Shown here: positions 46,034 to 55,220 of the stretch, piece after piece
Layout of the letters: every line of letters begins with the position of its first letter
How positions within the stretch are numbered: the first letter of the stretch is position 1
DNA from: an uncultured Clostridia bacterium
GTDB lineage: Bacteria; Bacillota; Clostridia; Oscillospirales; CAG-272
DNA length: 64,000 nucleotides
Assembly: GCA_947630015.1 (NCBI GenBank)
Contig: CANRFY010000001.1
Span: 9,894 to 73,893, forward strand
Direction: 5' to 3'
Notes under the pieces: model-generated
Seen by the model: the letters and a program-made list of their open reading frames with translations, nothing else
Databases searched by the model: none
Told to the model about the DNA's origin: nothing
Translations under genes and position numbers: made by a program

Positions 46034-47800
46034 TTATTTCCCCTCCCTGTCGGCGTCCTCGTCGGGAGCCGCCGCAAACGCGACGCCGCCCGAGTATGTT
46101 TCCTCAAATGTCTTTTGCGCGGGCTTGTCGGCGGCGACGTCCGCGCTCTTTTCGCGGATTTCAAAATCGCTGCCGCCCGTGATGCCTTCCGCCTTCATCA
46201 TCTGTTCGAGTACGTTTATATCTGTCGCGACGTCGAGCGTATCCGATTCAAACAGCTTATCGAGCTGATTTTTATATCCGTCGATCAGCATATCGAGCGT
46301 TTCCTCGATATTGCGCATACCGGCGTCGATGTTCTCGCCGTGGATGCCCTGATCCTCGAAATATGCGTATGAATTGAGCAGCTTGAGCGTCGTCGGCAGA
46401 TAATACGACAAAAACGATCCGAGCTGCGGTTCCATCTCCGGCTTTTCCTCGACGAGCTTGAAAATTTTGCGCGTCAGCTCCTCGATCTTGTCGATCTTCT
46501 CCGATACGGAGACGTTGTCGATGTCGTCGTTGAGTTCGCGTATGCGGCGAAGGATTTTTTCATGCTCCGACATCTCCGCCGCCGCCTCGTCGGGCGATTT
46601 CGGCTCGCGGCTGACTGCAGTCGGTCTGATGAATCCGGCGTCGGCCTCGGCCTCCGCCCATGCGTCCTTAAACAGTATCACATATCCGAGTCTGCGGTCG
46701 ATCACGGACTCCGCTCCGAGAAGTCCCTTTGACTGCATATACTGCAAATCCTTCACGACGCGCGACGTCGACGTATCCGCCATATCGGCGAGCTTTTTGA
46801 TCGAACAGAACCGTTCGCCGCGCAGCGCGGACAAATAGCTCATGATGCGGTAATCGCGCGTGCGCGAGAAGCGGCGGAACAAATATATGAGCGCCGTTAT
46901 GCTCGACGAGACGGAAGCGGTGATGATCGAATCCATCGTCGAGGCGGCAATACCGCTGTTAACGACATCGGTGACGGCGCCTGTCAGGACAAGCAGCGAG
47001 AAGATCAGCGACAGCGCGAATGCAAGCGTCGAGAAAACGGTCGCCGCCGACATGAATTTCTGATCCGACGGGATGAACGTCATTTTGCGTATCTGCTTTA
47101 TTTCCTGCTTTTCCCGCTTTTCCTGTTTCTGCTCTCCCGCAGCGGATGAAGCGCCTGATTTCTTCTCCGCCTCTGGCTTAACAGTGTCGACTGCGTTCTG
47201 CGGGCTGCCGTAATTGCGTCCCGCAAGGCGGGTAAGCGTTTTCTGACCGAGGAACGGCGCAAGCGACGTTATAACATACGTATTGAGTCCGTCCGCCTTT
47301 TCGACAAGGATGTCGAGCGTCTCTTCGGATAAAAACGGCGCAAGCTGGATGAGATCGACCGCTTTTATATTCGACGCGCGAACGGCAAGTCTGCCGAGCG
47401 TATCGCGCGAGATATACGGCGCGATCGTTATAAGCTGGCTGAATTCGACGCGCGTGATACGATCCGCCATCGCGTCGAGATCGGCGCGGCTCGTATACGG
47501 CGCGCGCTGTCTGATCGCATTGATCTCGGTGTTCGCGCGCCTGTTCATATTGCGCGCGCCGACGATCGGATCGCTCGTAAACGGCGGCGGGTCCATGCTG
47601 GGCGCGCTGTAATTCGATACTCTTCCCGTGTTATTGAATCCCGTGCCGTTCATGAACTGCGTCTGATTTTGATCGCGGTTTTCCTTTTCCTTCTGCGATT
47701 CCGCGATCACGCGCAGTATTATCAGAAAAACGCCGATCGGCCATGCGCCGAAGACGAACATCATAATTATTACCGGTATCGGGATCTTAAAATCTTTCAT
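46034..47800 (-). CDS. Multidomain membrane protein: N-terminal TM, three LAPF(L/I)S repeats, central TM pair, wHTH-like segment and a C-terminal XpaC-like domain (5-bromo-4-chloroindolyl phosphate hydrolysis family)
   Basis: The repeats and TM segments are visible in the translation. The C-terminal LSYYLPTTLKLLNSY pattern is recalled from the XpaC family. Confidence 0.5.
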   Translation of the reverse strand: MKDFKIPIPVIIMMFVFGAWPIGVFLIILRVIAESQKEKENRDQNQTQFMNGTGFNNTGRVSNYSAPSMDPPPFTSDPIVGARNMNRRANTEINAIRQRAPYTSRADLDAMADRITRVEFSQLITIAPYISRDTLGRLAVRASNIKAVDLIQLAPFLSEETLDILVEKADGLNTYVITSLAPFLGQKTLTRLAGRNYGSPQNAVDTVKPEAEKKSGASSAAGEQKQEKREKQEIKQIRKMTFIPSDQKFMSAATVFSTLAFALSLIFSLLVLTGAVTDVVNSGIAASTMDSIITASVSSSITALIYLFRRFSRTRDYRIMSYLSALRGERFCSIKKLADMADTSTSRVVKDLQYMQSKGLLGAESVIDRRLGYVILFKDAWAEAEADAGFIRPTAVSREPKSPDEAAAEMSEHEKILRRIRELNDDIDNVSVSEKIDKIEELTRKIFKLVEEKPEMEPQLGSFLSYYLPTTLKLLNSYAYFEDQGIHGENIDAGMRNIEETLDMLIDGYKNQLDKLFESDTLDVATDINVLEQMMKAEGITGGSDFEIREKSADVAADKPAQKTFEETYSGGVAFAAAPDEDADREGK

Positions 47801-47852
47801 TTCAGGGCAGCTCCCTCGTTTAATTTCTGATTTTATGCGCGCCGCGCATCAA

Positions 47853-49295
47853 CTACGGCTCAAGATGCGAGCTTATGACGGCGCACATCGATTCTATCGC
47901 ATCCTGTCCGCGACCCTCCCCGACAGACTGATCTGCGTAATCGACTGTCTCAAGCACATCCGTTATCTCGCCGATCATATGATCCGACGTCCGCGAGCTG
48001 ATCACGGCGCTCGTCTGACGCGGCGTATCGGTCTTTTTGACCGTCAATCCCTGCGCGCGGTACGCCTCGCACATCGTCACATACGCATACTGTATCTGCT
48101 TTTTCATATTCGGCTGCGAATTGAGCGCCGACAAAAACTCGCGATAGCTTCGCGTCCGTTCGGCGCGCGTCTCGAATTCATGGATCGACGCCCGCTGCAA
48201 GCTGATCTCCTCGTCCTTGTAATTCGTGAATTCGTATTCCATCTCGCGCTGTCCGTAGTAAAACGAGAACAGATCCATTATATACATAAACAGCTCTCGG
48301 AACCATTCCTTTACGGCGGCGACGGCACGCCTCACATAATCTGTGCCGCGCAGGATCAAAAATACTATGCTGCCGATGAAAAGTATAACGAACAGAACGA
48401 TGAAAAACCGCTCGCCGATCGTCTGTCCTTCAAATACGAGGCGGCCAAGACTTCCCTCTCCGTCGTCCGAAACGTCGACGTCATACGAATCTCCGGCGCG
48501 TCGTCTCAAATATGCGCCGAGAATGACCGAGAATATGAGCCGCGCGAAGAACGATACGCCGAACAAAACGGACGCTGCGACGATCAACAGCACGATAACG
48601 CCGAGCATCATTACCGCGATCAGCCGGACGTTATACAGCCTTGCGCCGTTCGATATCGCCGACAGCGTGTCGGCGGCGCGCCGCTGTATGTGCGTCTGAT
48701 TCAAAACGATCACTGACGTTATTGTGAATACGGACAGATATATTATCATGCCGTCAGTGCCGAGTCCTATGACCGAGCAAAGCAGAAACGACAGCAAGAA
48801 CAGAGTAAAATACGTCAGCATCGTGCGCAGCGAAATGACGCGGTGCGCGGGATAGAACCATAAAACGACGCCGGAGGCGAGTGATACAAACACATATATC
48901 GCAAATAAAAACGGTATCACGGACTGATCGTTATATACCAATATCGCGCCGATTTTGAGAAGCATCCGCATAAGCGCAGGTCCCGAGAAAAACGCGCCAA
49001 CGGCGGCCGCCGCGCACAGCGTCAGCGGCAGCGCCGCTTTGATCGGTGCGAACGCCGATTTCGCGGATTCGTATCCGGTCTCAACGGAATAATCCTCTCT
49101 CGAATGCGCGCGAGGCTCCGTGACACGCCCGTATAGCGCCTGAAGTCCGTATCCAGCCGCCATCAATAAAAGCGTCGGAATCCAGGCGGCAAACGACGCC
49201 TTTTGAATGAATACGTACAAAATCTGCATCATAACGGCGCTGACGGCGACGCACGTTATCAGCTTATATATTTTATTGATCTGCTTATGCGTCAT
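47853..49295 (-). CDS. Polytopic membrane protein with a DUF4129-like C-terminus, third gene of the MoxR/DUF58 module
   Basis: Many TM helices. ATG at 49295 follows RBS GGGAGGAG. Context is MoxR-DUF58. Confidence 0.6.
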   Translation of the reverse strand: MTHKQINKIYKLITCVAVSAVMMQILYVFIQKASFAAWIPTLLLMAAGYGLQALYGRVTEPRAHSREDYSVETGYESAKSAFAPIKAALPLTLCAAAAVGAFFSGPALMRMLLKIGAILVYNDQSVIPFLFAIYVFVSLASGVVLWFYPAHRVISLRTMLTYFTLFLLSFLLCSVIGLGTDGMIIYLSVFTITSVIVLNQTHIQRRAADTLSAISNGARLYNVRLIAVMMLGVIVLLIVAASVLFGVSFFARLIFSVILGAYLRRRAGDSYDVDVSDDGEGSLGRLVFEGQTIGERFFIVLFVILFIGSIVFLILRGTDYVRRAVAAVKEWFRELFMYIMDLFSFYYGQREMEYEFTNYKDEEISLQRASIHEFETRAERTRSYREFLSALNSQPNMKKQIQYAYVTMCEAYRAQGLTVKKTDTPRQTSAVISSRTSDHMIGEITDVLETVDYADQSVGEGRGQDAIESMCAVISSHLEP

Positions 49296-49311
49296 CGTCC
49301 GCTCCTCCCGT

Positions 49312-50511
49312 TTATTCAAAATGCGTTTTGTAATATACCTCGACATTGGGCGGTATTATCTGCGCGTTGCGGTTTGTAGACGTTATATAGAACGTGACCT
49401 TTACGCCGTCGCGTTCCATCTCGTCGTGGAATATTATCATGCGTTCGCTTATATACGACGATACGACGACGAGATTTCCCGAATCGGCGAACGCCTCCTT
49501 ATGCTCAAGCACGAAATCGAGCATCCGCTCGATCGGACACGATATTTCAAGCTTCAGCGCCGCGAGCAGGCGAAGGGCGAGTATCATATCGCGCTTGCCC
49601 TCATACGCCGGCGTCATCATGATCTTGCTGCCTACGCCCGATTCGTCCGCGCGGAATTCATCCGACAGCGATTCCGGCGGAGTGTTTGCTATAATGCGCA
49701 CCGGCACATTCTCGCTCGATATTAAATCGAGAATTGACGCGACGACGGTGACGCAATGCTCGATATCGACGGGACTTTCGGGGCGCTGCGGATCGCGCTC
49801 TATATCGCGCGAATTCATGTTCAGCATTATATTGAATCTGTGGCGGCGCGTGTATTCCTCGCAGTTTACCATAAGCTTGCCGTGTACTGCCGTCTGCTTC
49901 CAGTTGATCTTATTCATCGGATCAAACGACGTGTAATCGCGCGCGCCCGCGATCCGCAAGGGATCGGTAAGCAGACTCGATTCGGCGCGCACGTCGCCAA
50001 GCTGATAATGCGACGCCGTAAATCGTCCGTCAAGCTCGACCGGCTTCGGCAGCACGACGACAGTGTTTGCCTTCTTAGGCTCGCATTCGTATCCCTTCGA
50101 TATCGGATTCATGCCGAACATATCGTTGGACACGATCACGGCTCCGCCGATCGAATATATGCCGCGCGTCATGCAGTTGACGCGCCATCGCCTGCGTATC
50201 TTTTCGCGGCTCTTAAGCACGAATACGCTCTGGACGTGCGAGCGGAGCGAGTCGCGCGGCGTCCCATGCTCGTATGTCGTTATGCGGAAACGAAGTCCGT
50301 CCGGCAGCGTCGTGTCGACCTTCGCATACGGGACCGGCATCGTCTTCCCGTTCGTGATCTCTTCATAAATGAAGATGTCCTCGCCCTCGAACGTCTCCTC
50401 GGCGCTGACTTTAACGTCATAATCTATATCGTCAAACGAATGCTTTCCGAATGCGCGCGACTGTATAAGATATACGGCGATTATCGCTATGAACAGCGCA
50501 AGAAAATACAT
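49312..50511 (-). CDS. DUF58 (vWA-related) protein
   Basis: N-terminal TM, RDYTSFDPMNKINWKQTAVHGKLMV motif, classic position after MoxR. Confidence 0.75.
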   Translation of the reverse strand: MYFLALFIAIIAVYLIQSRAFGKHSFDDIDYDVKVSAEETFEGEDIFIYEEITNGKTMPVPYAKVDTTLPDGLRFRITTYEHGTPRDSLRSHVQSVFVLKSREKIRRRWRVNCMTRGIYSIGGAVIVSNDMFGMNPISKGYECEPKKANTVVVLPKPVELDGRFTASHYQLGDVRAESSLLTDPLRIAGARDYTSFDPMNKINWKQTAVHGKLMVNCEEYTRRHRFNIMLNMNSRDIERDPQRPESPVDIEHCVTVVASILDLISSENVPVRIIANTPPESLSDEFRADESGVGSKIMMTPAYEGKRDMILALRLLAALKLEISCPIERMLDFVLEHKEAFADSGNLVVVSSYISERMIIFHDEMERDGVKVTFYITSTNRNAQIIPPNVEVYYKTHFE

Positions 50512-50515
50512 ACTC

Positions 50516-51463
50516 TTATGCCACAGGCACCGGAACGGCGTCGATAATATATTCGATTATGTTGGCGTTTGACTCCGACAGGCGGATCGTTCCCTGCGAA
50601 CGCGATATTATCCTGTGCGCGAGTACAGGCACGGCGACGTCCTTTACATCGTCGGGAAGCACATGATCGCGCCCGTCGATCGCGGCCCATGCCTGCGCCG
50701 CTCTCATCAGTGAAAGCGTGCCGCGCGGGCTGACGCCGAGACGCACGCGCTCAGACGCGCGCGTCATCGATACAATATCGACGATATAGCGCTTTATAAG
50801 CTCGCTCACATGGACGCGTCTGACCGCATCTTGCGCCGCGACAATGTCGCCGCGCGTGCATACGGCGCCGATCGAATCGAGCGGCGACGATTCCATATAT
50901 TCGTCGAGAACGGCAATTTCGGCGTTCTTTTCGGGATATCCGAGCGCTAATTTCATGAGAAATCTGTCCGTCTGTGCCTCCGGCAGCGGAAACGTCCCCT
51001 GCGATTCGATCGGATTCTGCGTCGCGATCACGAAAAACGGAGGTTCGAGCTTATATGTGACACCGTCGATCGTAGCCTGCGATTCGCCCATGCATTCGAG
51101 CAGCGCGGACTGCGTTCGCGGCGTCGTTCTGTTGATCTCGTCGGCGAGCAGTATATTTGTAAACACGGGACCGCGGCGGAAGATGAATTCGTTCTCCTTC
51201 TGCGAATAGAAGTTGATGCCCGTTATATCGGACGGCAAAAGATCGGGCGTGAACTGCACGCGCTTGAATTCGGCGTCTATCGATTTGGCAAGCGCCTTTG
51301 ACAGCGTCGTTTTGCCCGTGCCGGGGATATCGTCGAGCAGAACATGACCCGACGACAAAAGCGCCGCCGTTATATATTTTATCTCTTTGCGCTTGCCGAA
51401 TATGACTTTTTCGACGTTGTCGATCACATTTTTCGACATCAATGCAACATCTCTTGTCTCCAT
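50516..51463 (-). CDS. MoxR-family AAA+ ATPase
   Basis: DIPGTGKTT Walker A, LLADEINR Walker B, 315 aa. Confidence 0.9.
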   Translation of the reverse strand: METRDVALMSKNVIDNVEKVIFGKRKEIKYITAALLSSGHVLLDDIPGTGKTTLSKALAKSIDAEFKRVQFTPDLLPSDITGINFYSQKENEFIFRRGPVFTNILLADEINRTTPRTQSALLECMGESQATIDGVTYKLEPPFFVIATQNPIESQGTFPLPEAQTDRFLMKLALGYPEKNAEIAVLDEYMESSPLDSIGAVCTRGDIVAAQDAVRRVHVSELIKRYIVDIVSMTRASERVRLGVSPRGTLSLMRAAQAWAAIDGRDHVLPDDVKDVAVPVLAHRIISRSQGTIRLSESNANIIEYIIDAVPVPVA

Positions 51464-51569
51464 TCCGTACCTCCGGCAGAATATATTATAATTTAAATTA
51501 TACGGCGTTCAGCATCCTCGACGTCAACTTCCCCGCAGCGCATTCACATCGCGCATCGATCCAGTGATG

Positions 51570-51980
51570 ATATTAAACAGAAGTTACTACCTAAATTTTC
51601 TCGTCGTCCGTAGGACGACTTTGACATTTACAGCGTTTATTAAAACAGAAATTTCTTCCCATTCTTTCGTCGTCAGTATGACGACATTGACATAAGTGTT
51701 TTTATTAAAACAGAAATTTCTACCTTAATTTTCTCGTCGTCCGAAGGACGACATATAACTATTGAAATTTATGTTTCAATAAACGCTTCCTTATACTGTC
51801 GTCGCCGCTCTGCGGCGACATTGACATTCACAGCGTTTATTAAAACAGAAATTTCTACATTATTTTCTCGTCGTCCGTAGGACGACATTAAATCAATGAA
51901 ATTTATGTTTCAATAAAAACTACCTTAATCTGTCGTCGCCACGCAAGTGGCGACTTTGACATTATTGTTTTTATTATACC
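51570..51980. repeat. Tandem array of six GC-stem hairpins within nested 65-nt and 134-nt AT-rich direct repeats
   Basis: Hairpins lie at 51603-19, 51669-85, 51736-52, 51801-19, 51870-86 and 51935-54. TTATTAAAACAGAAATTTCT occurs at 51637, 51702 and 51837, with a degenerate copy at 51571. TGAAATTTATGTTTCAATAAA occurs at 51763 and 51897. Confidence 0.9.
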
Positions 51981-52169
51981 ACAGCGATCGTACAAATGCA
52001 ATATTTCCAAAATATACATCCGCACCTCTTAGCGATCGGCGCTTTTACGCCTGTCGTTTCGCCGCAGATCGATCACGTTGATATAATATTATCACACGTT
52101 CATTAGATTGTCAATAGCGTACATAAAAATATTTGCCGCTGACGCTTGTTTTTCCGTGAAAATTTGTGA

Positions 52170-52190
52170 ACGAATTATGAACAAATTCGT
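52170..52190. promoter_or_regulatory. Candidate operator: perfect 7-bp inverted repeat upstream of the ABC promoter
   Basis: ACGAATT-N7-AATTCGT ends 22 nt before the -35 element. It sits in a run of (A/G)TGAA repeats spaced about 10 nt apart. Confidence 0.4.
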
Positions 52191-52211
52191 CAAATATGAA
52201 TTTCTATTCGC

Positions 52212-52240
52212 TTGACTTTTACAAATCGCGCAACTATAAT
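52212..52240 (+). promoter_or_regulatory. Near-consensus sigma-A promoter of the ABC operon
   Basis: TTGACT-N17-TATAAT, 34 nt upstream of the ATG at 52274. Confidence 0.75.
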
Positions 52241-52273
52241 TATACTTGTTGCGACATCGCTTTCGGAGGAACT

Positions 52274-54604
52274 ATGACCGAGCTGTTTGATATACCCGCC
52301 GGCGTTAAATCGGCGTTTGAGACGCGCGGCGTCCCATACGATAATGTTGTAATCGCCGCTGCGACGGATCAGTCGCGAGACTGCGTGCCGTCCGACAACT
52401 ACATATTTTTGACGGATACTGATCTTATCGTCATGGCAGGCTCCATGACGGGCGTATCCGATTCGAGATCGATCGCGCGCCGCGCGCGCACTCCGCGCAC
52501 GTTCGAGGTTCTGTCATATGACAGCTGGGAGCTGTCGCGCATCGATTCGTTCGCCGTGGAGGAGATGATCTCATCCGCGCGCATCGTTGCGCGCATGAAG
52601 CCCGACGCTGACTCGCTGCCCTATACGGTACTTGTCGCGAATCTTTCAAATACGTACAAGAGCGAAGCATATAAATTCGTGCGCCTCTCCAACGTCGCGC
52701 TCGCAGGAGACGATCCCGCGTCGCATCCAGATGCGCATATTTATGAGGACGACGACAAAAAGGAAGAGCTGTTCTGCCCCAAATGCGGCAGGCGTTACGC
52801 CGATCCGGAACGCAAAATATGCCCGCACTGCATGGATAAGGTCCACATCCTCAAGCGTTTCTCGGGATTCTTCCTCAGATATAAGGTCCATCTGTTGATG
52901 ATATTCCTGACGCTTGTCCTGACGAGCGGACTCGGCGTTCTTTCGCCGTACATCTCGAGCGGATTTTACTACGACGAGGTCCTCTCCGAGGACGGAAAAT
53001 TCGCGGGACAAATTCTGCTCGTGATCGGCATCATCTTCGCGACAAGGCTCATCTCGATGTTCGTCACGATGCTGAACAACTATATAACGTCCGTCATCGC
53101 CGCGAAGGTCACATACGACTTGAAAAAGGAAATATTCCATTCGATCGAACGACTCTCGATCAGCTATTTTACGAACAGGCAGACGGGCGGTCTTATGACG
53201 CAGGTCAACCGCGACGCGAACAATATTTACCGCTTCTTCTGCGATACTGTCCCGTATTTTCTCGTCAATATATTCCAGGTCATCGGCGTATTCATCATAA
53301 TGATGATGTTCAACTGGAAGCTGACGCTGATTTCGTTTATCACGGTGCCGCTCATGGCACTCTGCATGAAAAAACTGTTCGAGAAAATGGACAAGATGCA
53401 CGCGAAACGATTCTCGACGGCGCGCTCGATGAGTTCGCTTTTGTCGGACGTTCTGACCGGCATCCGCGTCGTTAAGGCGTTTTCCAAGGAGGACGAGGAA
53501 AGCGAGCGCTTCGAGGGACGGAGCAGACGCGTCGCCGAGGCAGATAAAAAGGCGTCAATCTACAACACGACCGCCTTCCCTATCGTCAATTTTCTGCTCT
53601 ATATCGGAAATATCATCGTCTGGGGCGTCGGCGGCTGGATGGTAATGACGAGTCCCGACGGCTCGTTCAAATACGGTATGCTCGCGACGTTCGTGGCGTA
53701 CATGAATATGATATACAGCCCGATGGGATTCTTCATCGACGTCGTCTATACGATGACGGACAGCCTTAATTCGATGAACCGCCTGTCCGAGATCATGGAT
53801 GCGATCCCCGACGTCGTCGAAAGCGATCATCCCGTATCGATCGGCGAGGCTAAAGGCCACGTCGAGTTCCGAAACGTCGAATTCTCGTATGAAAAGAACC
53901 GCAAGATCATCGACGGCGTCTCGTTCGACATCGAACCTGGGAAGATAATCGGCATCGTCGGGCATACCGGCGCGGGCAAATCGACGCTCGCGAATCTTCT
54001 CATCCGCCTCTACGATACGATCGCGGGCGAGATTTTGATCGACGGCGTCAACGTGCGCGATATCCCGTTTGCCGAGCTGCGCCGCAATATCGCGATCGTC
54101 TCGCAGGAGACGTATCTGTTCATGGGTACGATCAAGGAAAACATCTGCTACGCAAAGCCAGACGCGACCGATCTTGAGATATTAACTGCGGCCAAACTGG
54201 CGGGCGCTCACGATTTCATCGTAAAGCTGCCGGACGGCTACGATACGATGATAGGCTTCGGCTATAAGGATCTGTCGGGCGGCGAGCGCCAGCGCATATC
54301 GATCGCGCGCGCGATACTGCTGAATCCGCGCATCCTCATCATGGACGAGGCCACGGCCGCCATGGATACGCAGACCGAGCGCCAGATACAGACCGCGCTC
54401 GAGCAGCTCATAAAAGGGCGCACAACGATAATGATCGCGCACCGTCTGTCGACTCTTCGCGACGCGGATCATCTGATCGTCATCGAAAACGGCAAAATGC
54501 CCGAGTTCGGGACGCATACGGAGCTTTTGAAGAAAAAAGGCATTTACTACGGCTTATATAAGATGCAGCTTGAAGCGCTGCGCAACATCGGCATCGAAGG
54601 ATAA
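52274..54604 (+). CDS. ABC exporter (TMD-NBD half transporter) with a roughly 190-aa N-terminal cytoplasmic domain ending in a zinc ribbon
   Basis: GHTGAGKST, LSGGERQR, ILIMDEAT. CPKCGRRYADPERKICPHC at aa 168-186. ATG at 52274 follows RBS GGAGGA. Confidence 0.88.
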   Translation: MTELFDIPAGVKSAFETRGVPYDNVVIAAATDQSRDCVPSDNYIFLTDTDLIVMAGSMTGVSDSRSIARRARTPRTFEVLSYDSWELSRIDSFAVEEMISSARIVARMKPDADSLPYTVLVANLSNTYKSEAYKFVRLSNVALAGDDPASHPDAHIYEDDDKKEELFCPKCGRRYADPERKICPHCMDKVHILKRFSGFFLRYKVHLLMIFLTLVLTSGLGVLSPYISSGFYYDEVLSEDGKFAGQILLVIGIIFATRLISMFVTMLNNYITSVIAAKVTYDLKKEIFHSIERLSISYFTNRQTGGLMTQVNRDANNIYRFFCDTVPYFLVNIFQVIGVFIIMMMFNWKLTLISFITVPLMALCMKKLFEKMDKMHAKRFSTARSMSSLLSDVLTGIRVVKAFSKEDEESERFEGRSRRVAEADKKASIYNTTAFPIVNFLLYIGNIIVWGVGGWMVMTSPDGSFKYGMLATFVAYMNMIYSPMGFFIDVVYTMTDSLNSMNRLSEIMDAIPDVVESDHPVSIGEAKGHVEFRNVEFSYEKNRKIIDGVSFDIEPGKIIGIVGHTGAGKSTLANLLIRLYDTIAGEILIDGVNVRDIPFAELRRNIAIVSQETYLFMGTIKENICYAKPDATDLEILTAAKLAGAHDFIVKLPDGYDTMIGFGYKDLSGGERQRISIARAILLNPRILIMDEATAAMDTQTERQIQTALEQLIKGRTTIMIAHRLSTLRDADHLIVIENGKMPEFGTHTELLKKKGIYYGLYKMQLEALRNIGIEG

Positions 54605-54621
54605 AGGAGGATCACGTTATT

Positions 54622-55182
54622 ATGTCTGAACTGAAAAAGACGGCGCTTTCCGACGTCGTTTCAATAACGTATATAACGAGAGACAACGCCGAGTTCCGGC
54701 GCGAGGGCGATTTTCTGTCGCTCCGCGTGACGCTCCCCGTCGGGGTGGGGCCTGACGGCGAGCCGACAGGCGGCGAAAAATATTACGAGCGCATTTATCT
54801 GCACCGTTCGTTCCCGTATGAGCATCCATACGAGTATATATCTGTGCTTGACCGCGACAGCGCCGAGATCGGCATCATATCGGATATAAACGATTTCCCC
54901 GAAAATATCGCCGATATGCTGAAATCGGAGCTTGATCGGAAATATTACGCGCCCGTGATCGATAAGATTTTGTCCGTAAAGGAGAGATACGGATATTCGT
55001 ATTGGGAGGTGATCTCCGACGGGCGAAAGCTGTCGTTCAATATGCGCGACACGTTCCGCAATATTTTAAAGGTCACGCCCGAACACGTATTTCTCAACGA
55101 CAGCGATTCAAACAGATACGAAATCAAGGATACGGAAAAGCTCGACAGAAAGAGCTATAAGCGGATCGAGCTTTATCTCTGA
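54622..55182 (+). CDS. Small soluble protein between the two ABC genes (DUF1854-like)
   Basis: 186 aa, RBS AAAGGAGGA, no TM. The family name is recalled from the conserved ABC-X-ABC context and is not verified. Confidence 0.55.
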   Translation: MSELKKTALSDVVSITYITRDNAEFRREGDFLSLRVTLPVGVGPDGEPTGGEKYYERIYLHRSFPYEHPYEYISVLDRDSAEIGIISDINDFPENIADMLKSELDRKYYAPVIDKILSVKERYGYSYWEVISDGRKLSFNMRDTFRNILKVTPEHVFLNDSDSNRYEIKDTEKLDRKSYKRIELYL

Positions 55183-55220
55183 CCGCGCGCCGCGCATTCT
55201 AACGAAAGGATTATTCGCAA

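Noticed and set aside
51776-51787. A three-codon mini-ORF, ATG TTT CAA TAA, present in both 134-nt repeat copies (also at about 51904).
   Set aside because: It has no RBS and lies inside a TGAA-N-TTCA palindrome, so it is most simply a by-product of the palindrome sequence.
51570-51980. Whether the repeat array could be a CRISPR array, an oriC/iteron origin, or a series of promoters (TTGACA occurs four times).
   Set aside because: It is not CRISPR. The units are 65/134 nt with mostly conserved 'spacer' sequence, there are no cas genes, and the repeats are not of uniform 25-40 nt length. I saw no DnaA boxes (TTATCCACA) and no dnaA/dnaN context. No TTGACA copy has a credible -10 hexamer at 16-18 nt: the candidates TATTAA and TAAAAC lie at 11 or 14 nt. 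Promoter function therefore remains unsupported. The array is kept as an unexplained structured repeat instead.
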